64,000 bases of DNA from Somniosus microcephalus (lineage: Eukaryota). The position numbers and the translations under genes were made by a program. The stretch covers positions 25,358,001 to 25,422,000 of the forward strand of contig JBMRGM010000043.1 in assembly GCA_052327205.1 (NCBI GenBank). Reading direction: 5' to 3'. Below the pieces are notes generated by a model, which made no database searches, had not been told where the DNA came from, and was given only the letters and a program-made list of their open reading frames with translations. How positions within the stretch are numbered: position 1 is the stretch's first letter; every line of letters starts with the position of its first letter. Below are positions 37,545-51,921 of the stretch, piece by piece.

Positions 37545-38557
37545 GTAGGTAACTATGACACTTAAAATCATAGAAAATAGCAAAAAGATGGAAAAATCTG
37601 CATTTATATAGCATCTTTCCCGACCTCCGAAAGCGCATCACAGACAATTAAGTACTTTTCAATTATAGTCACTGATGTAACGTGAGATAAGTGACAGCTA
37701 ATTCCGGCAGAGCAAAGCTCCCACAAACTTCAGTGTAATAATGCTGGTTGAGCGATTGTTCTTCCAATTATTTTTCTGGCATCTTTAACGCCCACCTAAG
37801 AAGGGATACAGGGCCTCAGTATAATGTCTCGTCAAAAAGTCTCCGTTTCCTTCTAATAATGGCACAGGGAGTCTTTGGTGTGGGGTTCGAACCAACGCCT
37901 TGTTGTCGCAGAGCGAGTGAGTGGGCCACGCCCATTGTTGATTATTGGCTGCAGAGTCAAACCGCTGGAAGTGACCACCGTCGGTCGGTGAACTTTGAGC
38001 CGTAGTCAGCTCAGACTCTTGTCCCGAAAATTTACGGTTTTAAAGAGGCCTCTCAGTATATGGTAAGACAGTGTATCAAATATATTACTTACTTGAGCAA
38101 AATTGCCAAGTGGTCACTGGGATGAAGCGTGCAGCGAGTCAACAAAACTGAAGTCCCTCTTCCCTGATACCATCCTGGCGCACCTCCCTTCAACCAGCTC
38201 TGCTCGAAATAGAACAATCCCAGCTCCTTTAGTCTCACCACACCCAATGAACAAATACGAGCCGTTCCTTGAGAGAGGGCCGAGTTTGTTGCAAATTTGT
38301 AGAATCGGGTTTCGAAGTAAAAGTTATTTGATGAACGTTTGAAGGACAACATATGGGGCATCAGCTGAACATAAGAAGGGACACGTGACTTTCTAATGCC
38401 GCATTTGTCACTACGGCTTTTCGGGTTATAGGTCTGTTGTTCTTTACTGAAGTGATTACTATTGATGCACTTTAATGGAAATATACTATAGGATGTCATA
38501 CCTGTAGTTTAACATATTCCAATTTGTACTTACTTAGTTTTTCTTACATATTTTCAG

Positions 38558-38818
38558 CTTCTGATATGATTTTAACTCTTGAAGTAAAACCAAGAGCCAC
38601 GCTTTCAGGTGAAAGAATTATCCTGAATTGTTTGGTGTCTGACCAGAAAGGGAGAGGATACTTCCTGTGGTATCAGAAAGAAGAGATAATATATGGAAGT
38701 TCTCAATCTCAGTACATCATAGCTAAAGCAGAAATTACAGATGAGGCATCGTATCGGTGTGAATGCAAAATAGGCTACAGGAAGTGGGTCTCGCAGGAAA
38801 TAAACGTCACCGTAACAG
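38558..38818 (+). CDS. Gene C Ig exon D2
   Basis: 261 nt, phase 1-1; GERIILNC…WYQK…DEASYRC. Confidence 0.9.
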
Positions 38819-40400
38819 GTTGGTCGCTGGCTTTGCTGTTTCCTTCCGAAACTTGCTGCTTCTTAATTTGCTGAAAGATGGAAAACGATTCGAAGAACAT
38901 TTTTTGGCTGGACAATTTTTGCTGAAATTGGTAAATATTTGCAATTACTGGGAAAACATTCCAAGCTGGGCATTTCAGGCAATCTTCTGGGTCGCATGTG
39001 GGGAAAATCACACACTCCGTTAACTGTAAGGGCCCCATGAATCCGTAGGAGGGGAGGTCTCCTTCTCGGTTGCTCCTGAGAACTATCGGGAAATGCCGTT
39101 GGAGTTCATCTGCGTTTCATTTCCGTGCTCTCACGCTGCTGGGCGATTGCATGGGCATCCCCGTGCTCATATCATTAGGCCTGCATATGGGTTAGTAATA
39201 AGAGTGTGGTTAGAATGTGGAACTCGCTCCCACAGGGAGTAGTTGAGGGAACTGCATTTAAGGTGAAGCTAGATAATTACATGAGCGAGAAAGGAATTGA
39301 AGGATATCTTGATGAGGTAGATGATGAAGGGTGGGAAGAGACACGTGTGGAAGATAAGCACCTGCATGGACCTATTGGGCCGAATGGCCTGGCTCTCTGC
39401 TGTAAATACCGTGTACAATGTACTATGAGTCTGGAGGGATGTTTCTGGTCTTCCACAAAAGTTTCCTATTCATTTACAATGGCGGACCCCAAGAGAGGAG
39501 GGCTCTTGAAGGACACTGGTGGTGGAGCTTTCGTCCGCTTAATCTGCCAACCAAAGTCTTTGTGAGGATCCAAGGGCATCCTAAAGTGGTAGCAAGGTAG
39601 GTAGTTATTTGAATTAAATTCTCACACCCCAAACTCCTGCCTGTCGATCGTAGATATTGGAAGATTTTGAACTGCTAATTTGTGACTGCAACCAGAAAGC
39701 CCCATTTCAAAGCTAACATGAGTCTCCTGGCAGTGATCTCGGTCCTACTGATGTGTATGCAAACCAACGTAAGACCATCCCAACATAGGCGGATTTGATG
39801 CTAATGGATGGAAGATTGTAGCTGGTTCAGGCTTACAGCTGAGGCCTGGAATATTTGGGGCACTCTTTACCTTAAGTTCACAACGCACCAAGGCACCTTG
39901 TGCCCACTGGCCGATTCAGAATGCAAAATGAGCTGGATGCACTTTTTTCAGTATCTGGTGCTGTGGATGGAATGCTCCTCAAAAAATCCGGCGTAATTTC
40001 CTTCTTTAGAAATCAAAAGTATACATATACGGCGGGTTCAGTGAGCAATACGTGATCCTTTGTGCCGGATTTTCTATTCCCTTTTCTGCTTATGAGTTTC
40101 TTAACCGCCGTACCCAACATAGATTATTTTCAATGTTCCAACCTAAGAGTAGCTGGGCCAAATGGTGGGGAAGTGCTGCAGGAGGAGAGCAATATCAACA
40201 AACCACAATTGGAACCATCAGTAAATTCAACACAAACTGTCCACTGAATCCTTTCTGCTCTGTATTTGCCCCAACCTGGATTGGATTTGGGATTAGGATT
40301 ATATAACGTGTCCAATGTATTCGGGCTGTTTTCGAAGCAGTTCTCAGTTTGATTTAATCATTTGTTAAACTAAACTACGAAATTCTGCTCCCACCATTAG

Positions 40401-40658
40401 ATGGCGATGTGACCTTCCAGGTCGACCCACCTTCGGTTTTGGAAGGAGATGTTCTGAATCTGAATTGTCGGTACAGAAAATATTATTGGATCAATAGAGA
40501 TGTTGGCTTTTACAAAGGCAATAGAAGGATCCACTCAATGAAGTTGTATAATTGGAAAGCTCAGCATAGCATTAGAGTGAATATTTCAAAAGACAGCAGA
40601 TCATACCATTGTACTATTGACAATAAGATTTCTCGAAGTGTTCACGTTCACGTTCACG
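40401..40658 (+). CDS. Gene C Ig exon D3 (FcR D2-like)
   Basis: 258 nt; VLEGDVLNLNC…VGFYKG…DSRSYHC. Confidence 0.88.
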
Positions 40659-40794
40659 GTACGTATGCAATATTTCAATTGGTGTTATCCCTCTTTAATA
40701 TTTATAAATATTACAGGTCCGATAAGTTCTGAATCTGTACAAAATTATACATAGTTCTGTGATTCTGGAATAATTTGTTCACGTTAGGTCATAT

Positions 40795-41554
40795 GGGCCC
40801 AGAAATTGGTGTCGGGTGCTTCCCGCGGGTGCAAGACCCCGACCTACACTTACAAAGCGCGCCGACAGTTGAAGCCTGGCCCTGCATGGATTTCCTGTCA
40901 GTGGCCCGGTTCAGCTCCCGGCGCGCTGTGCTTGCGTGATCCAGCGGCGTCGTTAGTTTGATGAGCCGGCTGGGATCACGTGAGCACTGGGCAACCAATC
41001 GGAGGTTGCAAAAGTTCATTCATGAGTTTGATAGTAAGAAATGTCAAACTCATGAAAACTCCGGGCACTCAAAACAGTACTTAAACTTCAAATAAAAGTT
41101 TTAAAAAATCCCACTAATTAAATGAACTATTAATAACTGTAAAAAAACTATTTTAAACAATTATTCAATTTTTTGAAAAAAACAATTTTTTAACAAATCG
41201 GGTCTAAAAATACACTTACCTTACTATAAATTCTTTAAAAATAATAAACATGTGGAAAAATTTTCCTAACTTCAATAGACTACTTACCTTTTAAAACTAA
41301 GTCCTTATGTCTGCTTTTTTCACACGTAAAAACCGAAGGCCTTCACGCACGGGCAAAGCTTAAAAAAAGGAATTTCAGCGCGCTCGCGCACACTCCTGCA
41401 CGCATGCGTTCGACCTCTGAACCCCTTGGTTCAGAGGAAAGGAAATGCCGGTTTTCCGCGCATGCGCTGTGCATGCTGAAAACCGGCACTTCCAGCCGGC
41501 CTACACGTGACTACCCCGTCCGTACTCACGCGTTGGGACCCAAATTACTGGGCC
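40795..41554. mobile_element. Non-autonomous DNA transposon (MITE)
   Basis: TIRs ggcccagaaatt / aattactgggcc. Confidence 0.7.
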
Positions 41555-42447
41555 ATGATGTTTATATATCAACATGCTACTTTAGCCAATATATAACCCA
41601 GGGTGGGTCTCCTCCCGTGCCAGCTCCAGCAGGTTTCTTTCTCCTCCCACCCAACCTTTGGGCAGAATTTGGCGCCTTCCCCCATTACCACCATGTCACA
41701 TCTAGAGGCTGACGGGCAATTTTCTCCCACGAAACCGAAATTTGATGCTGCCTCTGTCCTTAATAACCACGATGAGGATTTGACGTAAAATACCAGCAGG
41801 TCCTCGTGAGACCCTGGAGCTTCAGTGGTGGGTCCGCTGATGGAATTCGTGGAAGGATAGAATAAGCAGTGTGCTCCTCTCCACTGTGTTTTGTTATTTT
41901 AACTTACGTGTTTGGCGTGAGCTTAGTCACAGATTCCAAATAAACGATGTCCTTGTCATCGTAGCGGGTGTGTTATATCATCACCGATCCATCGCCCTGG
42001 CCGTGAGAATCCAGAGTCTTTGTAATTTCCGATGGTGACAGCTGAGCTGGGGGCTGGTTGGGAACACAGCGATGTAGCTGCGAACATTTGAGGAGTTCAC
42101 CATAGTCATAGTAGATGCTGAGACACGGCAGATAATGTCTAAAAGAGAAAAGATCTATGGGAGGATTCCAACTGAAACATACGTCTTGTCCTGTTTGGAA
42201 TTCCTGTTTCAGCACAATATATTAAGCATATTAAGTTCTCCGCAAACAAAGCAGCGAGAGGAATTCCATAAAAATATAGTACTGCTTCCTGCTCTAGTGT
42301 TCCACAATACAGCTGCTGGTTACCATTAATTGTAGACGCCCCTAGTGGCGATTCTCGGTATTGCCTTGCTCCTATTAATAATCTCTGCTGTTTGTTTATC
42401 TCAGTGATAGGAACTGTTACCTGTCAATCCAGATTCTGTTTTCACAG

Positions 42448-42726
42448 AACACTTCTCCAAACCTAAACTGAGGACTTACCCTGCTGTTGAAATATTTGAG
42501 GGACACCAGTTAATATTCATCTGTATGATTGAAACAATGCCGTACACAAATGGCCTTCAATACTCATTTTACAAAAATGGCGAAGCTCTGATATTGAATA
42601 CATACAACAACTTTAAGCTCACAGAGACAGCTTCTTTGAAGGACTCGGGGAGTTACCTGTGTGAAGCAAATGTTTTCTACCGCTATGTGAAAAAGAAGAG
42701 TGATGAGGTTTCCATTGAGGTTAAAG
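42448..42726 (+). CDS. Gene C Ig exon D4 (FCRL D3-like)
   Basis: 279 nt; EHFSKPKL…EGHQLIFIC…LQYSFYKNG…DSGSYLCEA…KKKS. Confidence 0.92.
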
Positions 42727-44056
42727 GTAAGGACAGCCAGCTGTAATTATTGTTGATTGAAAGAATTCTTCAGGGGATTATAGTTAAATAAACATACGAG
42801 AGGGATCCAGTCTGGTAAAGGATTTATCCACATGTTTATCACGTAACAAATCAATTTTGAATGCAACCTGTTTAAATCATAGCGCCATCTGGTTCTTAGA
42901 CTATCCATACATTTGCCGAAAACCGAAATTGTAAAAGCTGCAACGTTTGAGGACCAGTGCCCACTCCCAGTGGGTAATAGTAGCTTCCTGCAATAGTGTG
43001 GAATTGGTCGATATTGAATTTACCTCCCATTATATGTCCCGCCCGTTTTTGCCTCCATTGATCTTCAATGGACAGGAAAATCATGCGTAGTGTGGAATTG
43101 GTGCAAGATTCGATACCGTGCGTTTTTACCCGTGGCCCCAAAGTAAAGTGACCTTGCTCTTTCTGTCTGGAAGATGCAGCAGCGATCAGAAGCTGGTCAG
43201 GCACAACAGGGTGATGAATCGGACAATGCCTTACCACTTACTAGTCCCGGAAATCTTTTATAGTTGAAATCTCGGGGGTAAAGTTTAACATTGAGAGCGC
43301 TAATGTGGATCGGCAGAAAATGGAATTGAAATTGGCCTGTTTTTAAGAAGGGTGACCAATCTGCTACCACCGGATTTGTACCCCAGAAAAACTTGAATTT
43401 TCACCCCCTCCAATTTCAGTAGAGTTGGAGGCAAAACGCCCGAGGTCACTAAAGTCTGTGCCTCTGATGCCCGGAAATTCATTTCCATTCCTTCAGATCC
43501 GGTAAATCATAACTCTAGCTTCGCATTTTCAATGGAGCAGGCAATCTGAACACAAGCTGGGAGTTATCAATCCTGTGTTGACAGTGGATTTCAGAAATAT
43601 TGTATTGTCACTAGCTGAGCGTTTAACATGAATGTCCTAAAATTTGCAAGTGCTGCAACAATGACCAAGCATATTTCAGTGTTTATGACTGGAGAGTAAA
43701 GCATCGCCTGGGCGGAGAGCAGAGATCAAATGGTGGGGTTGTGGGAGTGGGGTGTTGGGGGATAATCTCACAGGACCCGCAGGATGTTTCTTCCATTCAT
43801 TTCAATGGAAGGGTTAACTAGTTCTCAAATCAAGCCACGGCAGGATGTTCAGATCTCAGGTGATAGCTTTGTCGGTGTCCCGAACTGCATATTCCCATAG
43901 CAGAGCGTAATCAAGGATTATTGAAAGCCCCTTTCTCTGAGCCGCTGTCGGCGTTTCATTGATCTAATCATTAACGTGTGTTGTCCAAACACATAAATTG
44001 TTAAGTCTGTGATGGATGTGGAACCCGGAAAATCCATATATCATTCTATTTTATAG

Positions 44057-44289
44057 AGGTTTTCTCCATACCCACATTGAAGGCTCAGTCTGGAGCTCAA
44101 TTATTTGAGGGCCAACAGTTAAATCTCGCCTGTTTGGTTAAAATATTTCGATCACTTCAGCGGCAGACCACAGCTATTACATCAAGGAGATATCTCGGCC
44201 GGATGATTCGGGGATTTACCTGTGTGAAGCAACCACTTGTAACAATGATGTGATGAAACGCAGCACTCCGGTTTCAGTTTCAGTCAAAC
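44057..44289 (+). pseudogene. Gene C Ig exon D5 with internal deletion and frameshift
   Basis: EVFSIPTL…EGQQLNLAC, then shifted DDSGIYLCEA…KRS; 233 nt versus 279 for sister exon D4. Confidence 0.85.
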
Positions 44290-44993
44290 GTGAGTAAAAT
44301 TTACGATAATTGTTTATCACTTTAAAAGAGAACATTAAAATCATAGAAAACCAGTAGCGCTGATTCAACAGATGACGCCAGGGAAGAAAAACGTTATTCA
44401 CCAGGATAGACTTGAGCTACAGGGACTGACAGTGCCGAGTTAGCGATGGCTAAGTGTTATTTCATTAGTGTTTTTTACATGCCAATTGGGAGATAGGGCG
44501 ATTAGGAAAAGCTATTCTCTCTGATTGCGAAGACAGGAAGGAGGGATCAGTAAATTATAATTATCACTAAACGCGAGAGGGTAGCGCTTAGGAGTACATT
44601 TTATGCGTATCTGACAGCTGGAATATATAATGATTTACCCAGGAGGAGCGGTGGAGTTAGATATCATTGCAGTTAGGTACGGTAGTGTTTATGGTACTGG
44701 AATAGTGCAGAGTTATTTCTTTTCACTAGCAGAGTCACTAGGAATAAGGACCAGGCCAGAAATAGGAGGGTGGCCATAAGTGGATTGCAGTAGGACTCAT
44801 TGTAATTCCAGGATCAGGCTTTCCTCTATTAAGTCCAACTACTTCTAAAGTAGGAGAGGGAGACGGGCGCCCAATATTGGTGTGGTAACCTACATGACGA
44901 GGCTGTTTATTATGATTAGAACCCTATTTCACTTGAAAGTAAGAATACAAATTCTACAAAAGCAATGTAATTAACAAATGGTTATATTTGCAG

Positions 44994-45281
44994 GAATCCC
45001 ACTGGCCAAACCGGAACTGGCAATCAGCCCTGGTAAAGATTTAATAGAAGGAGACAGAGCGTCGTTAACCTGCACAGTGTCCAACGGTTCTACCCCAATT
45101 ACCTTCATTTTCTACATAGACCCGAATAAAGAACTCTTCCGAGAGGAGTCCAGCCGAACCACAATTACTTACCAAATCGGTGAAGTCAACCAAAGCACTC
45201 AAGGCGATTATAGTTGTGCTGTTTCAAACGAAGCGACAGGACATCCTCTACACAGCGATGTCGTTGCGGTTTCAGTGATAG
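44994..45281 (+). CDS. Gene C Ig exon D6
   Basis: 288 nt; IPLAKPEL…EGDRASLTC…GSTPITFIFY…GDYSCAVSN. Confidence 0.92.
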
Positions 45282-45664
45282 GTGAGTTATTATAAGTACC
45301 TCAGAGGCAGAACGAAACAAGTGACGCAAAGTCAGATCAGCCTGGGAATCACTGCTTGTGCCGTCAGCTTGGATGGTGGAACATCTACTTTGACATTCCC
45401 CTGTGTGAAATGAGGCACTGCGCCATTTACATTAAACAGGTGAATACCAAAAAAGAACAAGATTGTCATCTGATCGCATCAAGTATTGGTCTATAAACTG
45501 CAACAGTTATTTATAGGGTTAAAAAGGCCGATCAGTCTGTTTAATTGACAAATTGAGGGAAGTAATACGGATAATTTAACGTCCCAAAACATAATACAGT
45601 AGGTAGTAATTTCTGGGCTGTATGTTTTAGACCACCAGTTCTCGACAGTTGTTGCTAATATATT

Positions 45665-46275
45665 TGTATTCGTTTATGGGATGTGGGCGCCGCTGGCAAG
45701 GCCAGCAATTATGGCACATCCCTAATTACCATTGAGAAGGTAGTGCTGAGTGGCCTTCTTGAACCGCTGCAGTCCGTGGGGTGAAGGTACTCCCACAGTG
45801 CTGTGAGGGAGGGAGTTCCAGGATATTGATGTGGCGACGATGAAGGATCGGCGATATACTTCTAAGTCAGGATGGTGTGTGATTTGGAGGGGAATTTGGA
45901 GGTGATGGTGTTTCCATGCCGCTGCGGCCCTTGACCTTCTAGGTGGGAGAGGTCACGGGTTTGGGAGGTGCTGCTGAAGAAGCCTTGGCGAGTTGCTGCA
46001 GTGCATCTTGTAGATGGTCCACACTGCTGCCACGGTACGTTTGTGATTGGGAGAAGGAATGTTTTAGGAGGTGGATGATGTGTCACTCAATGGGGATGCA
46101 TTGTCCTGGATGGTGTTGAGCTTCTTGAGTGTTGTTGGTGCTGCACTCACCAGAAAAGTGGAGAGTATTCCATCACACTCCTTACTTGTGCCTTGCAGAT
46201 GGTGGAAAGTCTTTGGGGACTCAAGAGGTGAGTCACGTGCTGCAGATTACCTTACTCTGACCTGCTCGTGTTGCT
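45665..46275 (-). mobile_element. Non-LTR retrotransposon 3' end (shares its tail with the SINEs)
   Basis: Reverse complement of the gccagcg-cgcccacatccc tail plus upstream LINE-like sequence. Confidence 0.65.
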
Positions 46276-46810
46276 AATATATTTCAAGATCAATTGGGCA
46301 AAATAGGTTCTATCCCTAGATTATTGAAATATTGGCAGCATTGGAGCACTCAGGCTTAAAGCCCGAATTAGGCATCGCTCTGAATGGGGACAATGCAACT
46401 TTAGGTGAAGGAGAAACGTGGTTCATATCGAATTGTTCGCCCATTATAACCCCCGTCCTATATTTCGTTCCATTATATTCAGTGAGAAGGGAAACCGGGT
46501 GTGGTGTATGACTGGTGGATAATTCCACATCCTGCAATTCACACCATCTTGTAAAATTACAAATAATCCCCGAGATGTTCCGTATGAAACTTAGTGCAAG
46601 TTGTACTGTTGGCTCATTGTAACCAGTTACTATTTGGAGAATGTGCAGAAACTTTAGTTAGAACTAATATTCGTTTTCACTGATGGTACAGCACAAGGAC
46701 AATTCTGAACTAAATGTTTTCGCCAATGCATTTGTAGCTGATCAGCAATTCTTGAACCAGTCTGGTTTATTTATCTGATTTAATCTTAGTTAGTACTCAA
46801 AATAGGTATC

Positions 46811-49800
46811 TGTTGTGTCCGTGTGTTAATGGAGACACGGAATGCAGGAGTTGGTTTAACAGGTGTTTACTGAACAAAGTCTGGAGGTGAACAAAACGAT
46901 ACCAGACACTATACAGGCTTATATAGCCCGAGTGGCCACTACCGGCATTATAGTACACAGGGGCTCTTAAAGGCACATACACCACAATTCCTCCCATTTT
47001 AGACAACCAGTACATAACATTTTAAGTAATTGTTATTAACATGTGTACAAGAACGATAATCTACACATTTGCTGCAGTTAATCAATTATAAGTCAGTCTC
47101 TCTGGAGGCTTCCTGACTCGGTACGGATAACGCCTCGGTGGTGTAGTAGCTTTCGGTGGTATATTAGGTTCTTCTAGCAAGGTCGATTCAGCTTCAATAC
47201 CAGTGTCGGATTCATCTGGTTCCAGTATTACCGGATCGGAGGTAGATACTATGGGTATCTCTGCTTCATCATTAGGCGTATAGAGTGGTGGTGTAGGTTG
47301 TCCCTTTTCGGATGACTCTATGATCTGGTCAGCATGGCGCCTTATTATGCTTTCTCCAATGTCCACGGTATACATCAGCAGTCCTAGTCGTGTGCAAATA
47401 GTTCCAGGCTGCCATTTCTCGGTACAGTAGTCCCGGGCCAAATCCTGTTGACCTATCTGGAAGGTTCTAGTTGGCCTTTCATTCATGCCTTGAAATTGGC
47501 GGTTCTCTATGTCCCTTTGGATGTTTGGCTTGATCAAATCCAGCCGGCATCTTAGTCTTCTATTGAAAAACATCATGGCGGGAGTTTGGTTTGTAACCAC
47601 ATGTGTTGCATTCCTGTATGCAAACAAGAAGTTATCTACCTTATGCTGTAGATTAATTTCTTCATTACCTTTATGGCCTTCTTGAAGGTCTGGACAAACC
47701 TTTTAGCCAATCCATTGATGGCGGGATGGTATGGGGCGGACGTGTAGTGCTTAGCCCCATTGTTTTTTAAGTACTTCCTGAAATCTTCGGACACAAATTG
47801 TGGTCCATTATCAGAATAAATCTGTTCAGGCAGCCCATTCCTGGCAAATATGGTCCTTAATACTGTGATGGTATTTTCCGTGGTGGTGGAGGACATCTTT
47901 ATTTACTCCGGCCACTTGGAGTGTGCATCAACTGCGATTAAGAACATTGAGTCCATAAATGGACCAGCAAAGTCGATGTGTCCCCTTTGCCATGGAGATG
48001 AGGGCCACTCCCATGGATGTAGAGGGGCTTGTGGTGGGGCGTTTTGGACCTTCTGGCATCCTAGACAGCCCTTGGTCATTTCTTCGATGTCTCCATCGAT
48101 ACCTGGCCACCATACAAACGCTCTGGCTAGGTTCTTCATTTTCACTCCACCCAGATGCCCCTCGGGAAGCTCCTTTAGCACTTTATCCTGGAGTTTGGGT
48201 GGAATCACCACTCTGGATCCACACATCAAGGTTCCTCAGCACACTGACAGCTGTTCTCTCCTTTGCGAGAATGCTGGCAACAGTGGTTCACCGTTAAATC
48301 GTAGACTCGTGAGAGAGTTGGGTCATTTCTCATTTCCTTTTCAATGGTAGAATTTGTTACTGGTAGACATTCCACTATGGTTGAGTGGAACATTTCCACT
48401 GGGTCCACTGTAGGTGCCTCTTCTACTGTTGGCAACGGTAGACGCGATAATCCGTCAGCATTTCCATGCTGTTTTGATCCTTTGTATTCTATGTCATATT
48501 GGTGTGCCCCTAGGAAAAGGGGCCACCTCTGTAGCCTTTGCGCTGTCATAATGGGAATGCCCTTTTTAGGGTTGAATATGGAGACGAGGGGTTGATGGTC
48601 AGTCAACAAGGTCAATTTTTGTCCGTGTAGGTAATGGTTGAATTTCTTAACGCCCCATACCAGGCTGAGTGCTTCCCTGTCGATGTGGGCATAGTTACGC
48701 TCAGCTCAGTTCAATGAGCGTGACGCAAAAGCTATCGGCCGCTCCGAGCCATCAGGGAATCTCTGCGCTAATACCGCTCCTACGCCGTAAGGGGATGCAT
48801 CGCACGCCAGTCTGATTGGCAGTGATGGGTTGTAATGAGCCAAAACTTCCTTGGACGTGATCAAGCCTTTACATTTATGGAAGGCACGTTTACAGTCTTC
48901 GCTCCATTTCCAAATTATTCCCGTTTGTAGCAGTTCGTTAAGAGGGTGAAGAACAGTTGACAAGTTCGGTAAAAATTTATGATAGTAATTTATCAATCCC
49001 AGGAACGACCTTAATTGTGAGACATTTTCAGGTGCTGGGGCTTTTATGAGCGCTTCAATTTTTTCAGGTGACTAATTATGTGGCCACAATATGATATTTG
49101 TTTCTGGAAAAATTCGCACTTGGGGTGATTTGCTCGTAGGCCCCATTCTCTCAGACTCGTGAGCACCTGCTCCAAATTGGCAAGGTGCTCGTTGTCGTTT
49201 TCTCCTGTTACAAGGATGTCGTCTATGTAGCATTGAGTCCCCGGAATCCCTTGCAGGACTTGCTCCATAGCCCTTTGCCAGATAGCTGGAGCTGATGCTA
49301 CTCCGAAAACCAGTCGATTTTACTAGTACAGGCCTTTGTGTGTGTTTATCGTGAGATATTTTTAGAAGCCTCCTCAACCTCCATCTGTAGATATGCCTGA
49401 GCCAAGTCAATTTTGGTGAAACGTTTCCCTCCGGATAGTGAGGCGAAAATATCTTCTATCCTCGGAAGAGGATACTGTACCGTGTGAAGGACCGGGTTTA
49501 CAGTCACCTTGAAGTCCCCACAGATGCGAATTTTTCTCTGTTCTTCAGGTTTATCATTATTCAACATTTTCTTCATGACCGGGACGATGGGTGTTGCCCA
49601 CTCGATCCAATCTATCTTGGATAACACGTCTGCCTTTTCCAAATTCTCCAGCTCTGCCTCGACTGCTGGACGAATTGCGTATGGCGCCGGCCTTGCCTTA
49701 AAAAACTTGGGAATTGCCGCATCTTCCACTTTTATTGAGGCAGTGACGCCTTTCAAGGTTCCTAGTTCCTGTTGAAACACTTGTTTGGCGTTGGCCAAGA

Positions 49801-51549
49801 TATCTTTTAATCATTCAGGTTTGACGTCATCATAATTTTTTTTCTCACTGGCCACCGTCAGTGCCTGAATGGAGTGCCAGTCTAAACGTATCTTGCTGAT
49901 CCATTCTCGTCCCAACAGCGCTGGACCACCATCTTGCAGAACATATAAATACAACTTCTGTATTTCCTTGCCGTTGTATACAACAGGCACCCTTATTTTC
50001 CCTCTGGGGTATACTTTCTGGCCTGTATATGTCTTCAAGATAATGGATATGCCTTTCAAAGTTATATGCTGAAATAGCCGCTCGTAATCCCGTAGACTTA
50101 TGATGGTCAGAGCTGATCCTTTATCTATCTCCATTTTAACTGGGGACCCCGCTATCGTGAGGGTAACCCAAATGGTCTGGTAATCTTCTTTGGCAATTAC
50201 ATTATGTAATTTGAGAGAGCTTAGTCTCTTGTTTCCGGAGTCGTTATCGCTCTTCTGGTCTTTGGAGCTACTGTCCGTCATCATTTGTACCTTTCTGTAC
50301 TTTTCCTTATTGATTTTTTTTCTGTCAATGGTTTTTTTGTTTCCAGATCGGCATACATGTGTAATGTGTCCCATCTTTCCGCATTGCCTGCATGCATTGT
50401 CCTTGAACCAGCAGTCCCTCTGGTAATGGGTGGATCTGCCGCAGCGATAACATCTCTCTCAACCCCGTGTCATTTCATGGGTGCCGCAGTCTTGTGGCTT
50501 TTGCTGTATCTCTGCAGCTCCTCTTGCTGCTGCTTCGCATGATACAGCTACACTGAAAGCCTTGTCCAGTGTCAAATCTTTCTCAGAAAGTAGCCTTTTT
50601 CGTGTTCCTTTACTTAGGAGACCGCAGACGAATTTGTCTCGTAGAGAACCTGCCAGTCCTGCCCCGAATTGGCAGTGTAGGGTATCAACAATCTCCTTAA
50701 AATTCTTGTCCATCGGTTTGGCTGGAGTGATTAAGTTTTCTAACAGCCTGTATGTCCTTGCACCCATTAGATTTAGAAGTACCGATGCCTTTTTATCATA
50801 CTCTATTTTATTCGCTGTGAAATATACCACCACTCTCTCCACATATGTGGTCCAATCCTCTATATCGCCATCGAAATCAGTAATATTGCCAGTCTTAGGC
50901 ATCCTGAAAAAAAATGGCGCCTCCCGCGCTTTCCTTTCTTCCCCGCAGAAAAAAATGGCACCTCCCGCGCTTTGCTGCCGCTGCTGACAACTCTGTTCTC
51001 CGCGGTTTTTATTTACACAGGTATTTTTTTTTAATAGGTGGAGACTCGTTCCCGCCGGACTCTCTGGGACTTTTCCCTCCCTCTGCTTGGTCCGAACGCC
51101 GACCTGCTTTGCAGCGCCGGCCGTCTCCCGTATGCTCCACCCTCTGTCTCTGTTTACCTCCGCCTTCGCTGCTCGGTCCCACTGCAGAGCCAGCCGATGG
51201 AGCCCCAGCCCGCCGCCCAGGAAGGATTATTGCAGTACCTGCCACCAGCTCGGCTAGCTGGTGAAACCACAGTTTTTTTTTCTTTCTTGTTTTTCTTCGA
51301 CTTTCGCCTGAGGAATCGATATCCTTGAAGTGCTGCCGAATTGCAGGTAAGTCCGTTTCCAATTCGTCGCCACTGTTGTGTCCGTGTGTTAATGGAGACA
51401 CGGAATGCAGGAGTTGGTTTAACAGCTTTTTACTGAACAAAGTCTGGAGGTAAACTAAAAGATACAAGACACTATACAGGCTTATATTGCCCGAGTGGCC
51501 ACTACCGGCATTACAGTACACAGGGGCTCTTGAAGGCACATACACCACA
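46811..51549 (-). mobile_element. Full-length Mag-like Ty3/Gypsy LTR retrotransposon (decayed) in the gene C D6-D7 intron
   Basis: 176-bp LTRs 46811-46986 and 51374-51549 (9 differences counted); PBS TGGCGACGA; PPT; TSD gtatc/gtttc; gag, PR, RT (YIDD), RH and IN ORF fragments. Confidence 0.96.
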
Positions 51550-51618
51550 GTTTCAATTTTGAATTGTAACTTGCAGAATTAATTCTCTACATCGTTAAAC
51601 TTATTTGCTTTTCTCTAG

Positions 51619-51921
51619 TTCCTGTAGCTGGTGCTTCTCTCACATCCACTACCAACAAAACTGAGATTCCAGCTGGGGACCATCTCGTTCTCCAGTGCTT
51701 GGTGAAGAGAGGCACTGCACCGCTTTTCTGCTGGCACCTGAACAACCAACAGTTAGAAAATAAGAGCGAATCTTATCACTTAAGTACGAACGGGAGTGAA
51801 CTCATTATCAGTTCATTCCAGACAGGCCATGGAGGTCGATTTCATTGTGTAGCGACCAACAGCGGGACCTATGAAGGAATATTTAACACAACCAGCAATT
51901 ATATCAGTGTCACGGTACAAG
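51619..51921 (+). CDS. Gene C Ig exon D7
   Basis: 303 nt; VPVAGASL…GDHLVLQC…FCWH…GRFHCVATN. Confidence 0.9.

Noticed and set aside
51009-51548. 179-aa ORF upstream of gag in the Mag-like element
   Set aside because: Runs through LTR, PBS and GC-rich leader; no protein signature
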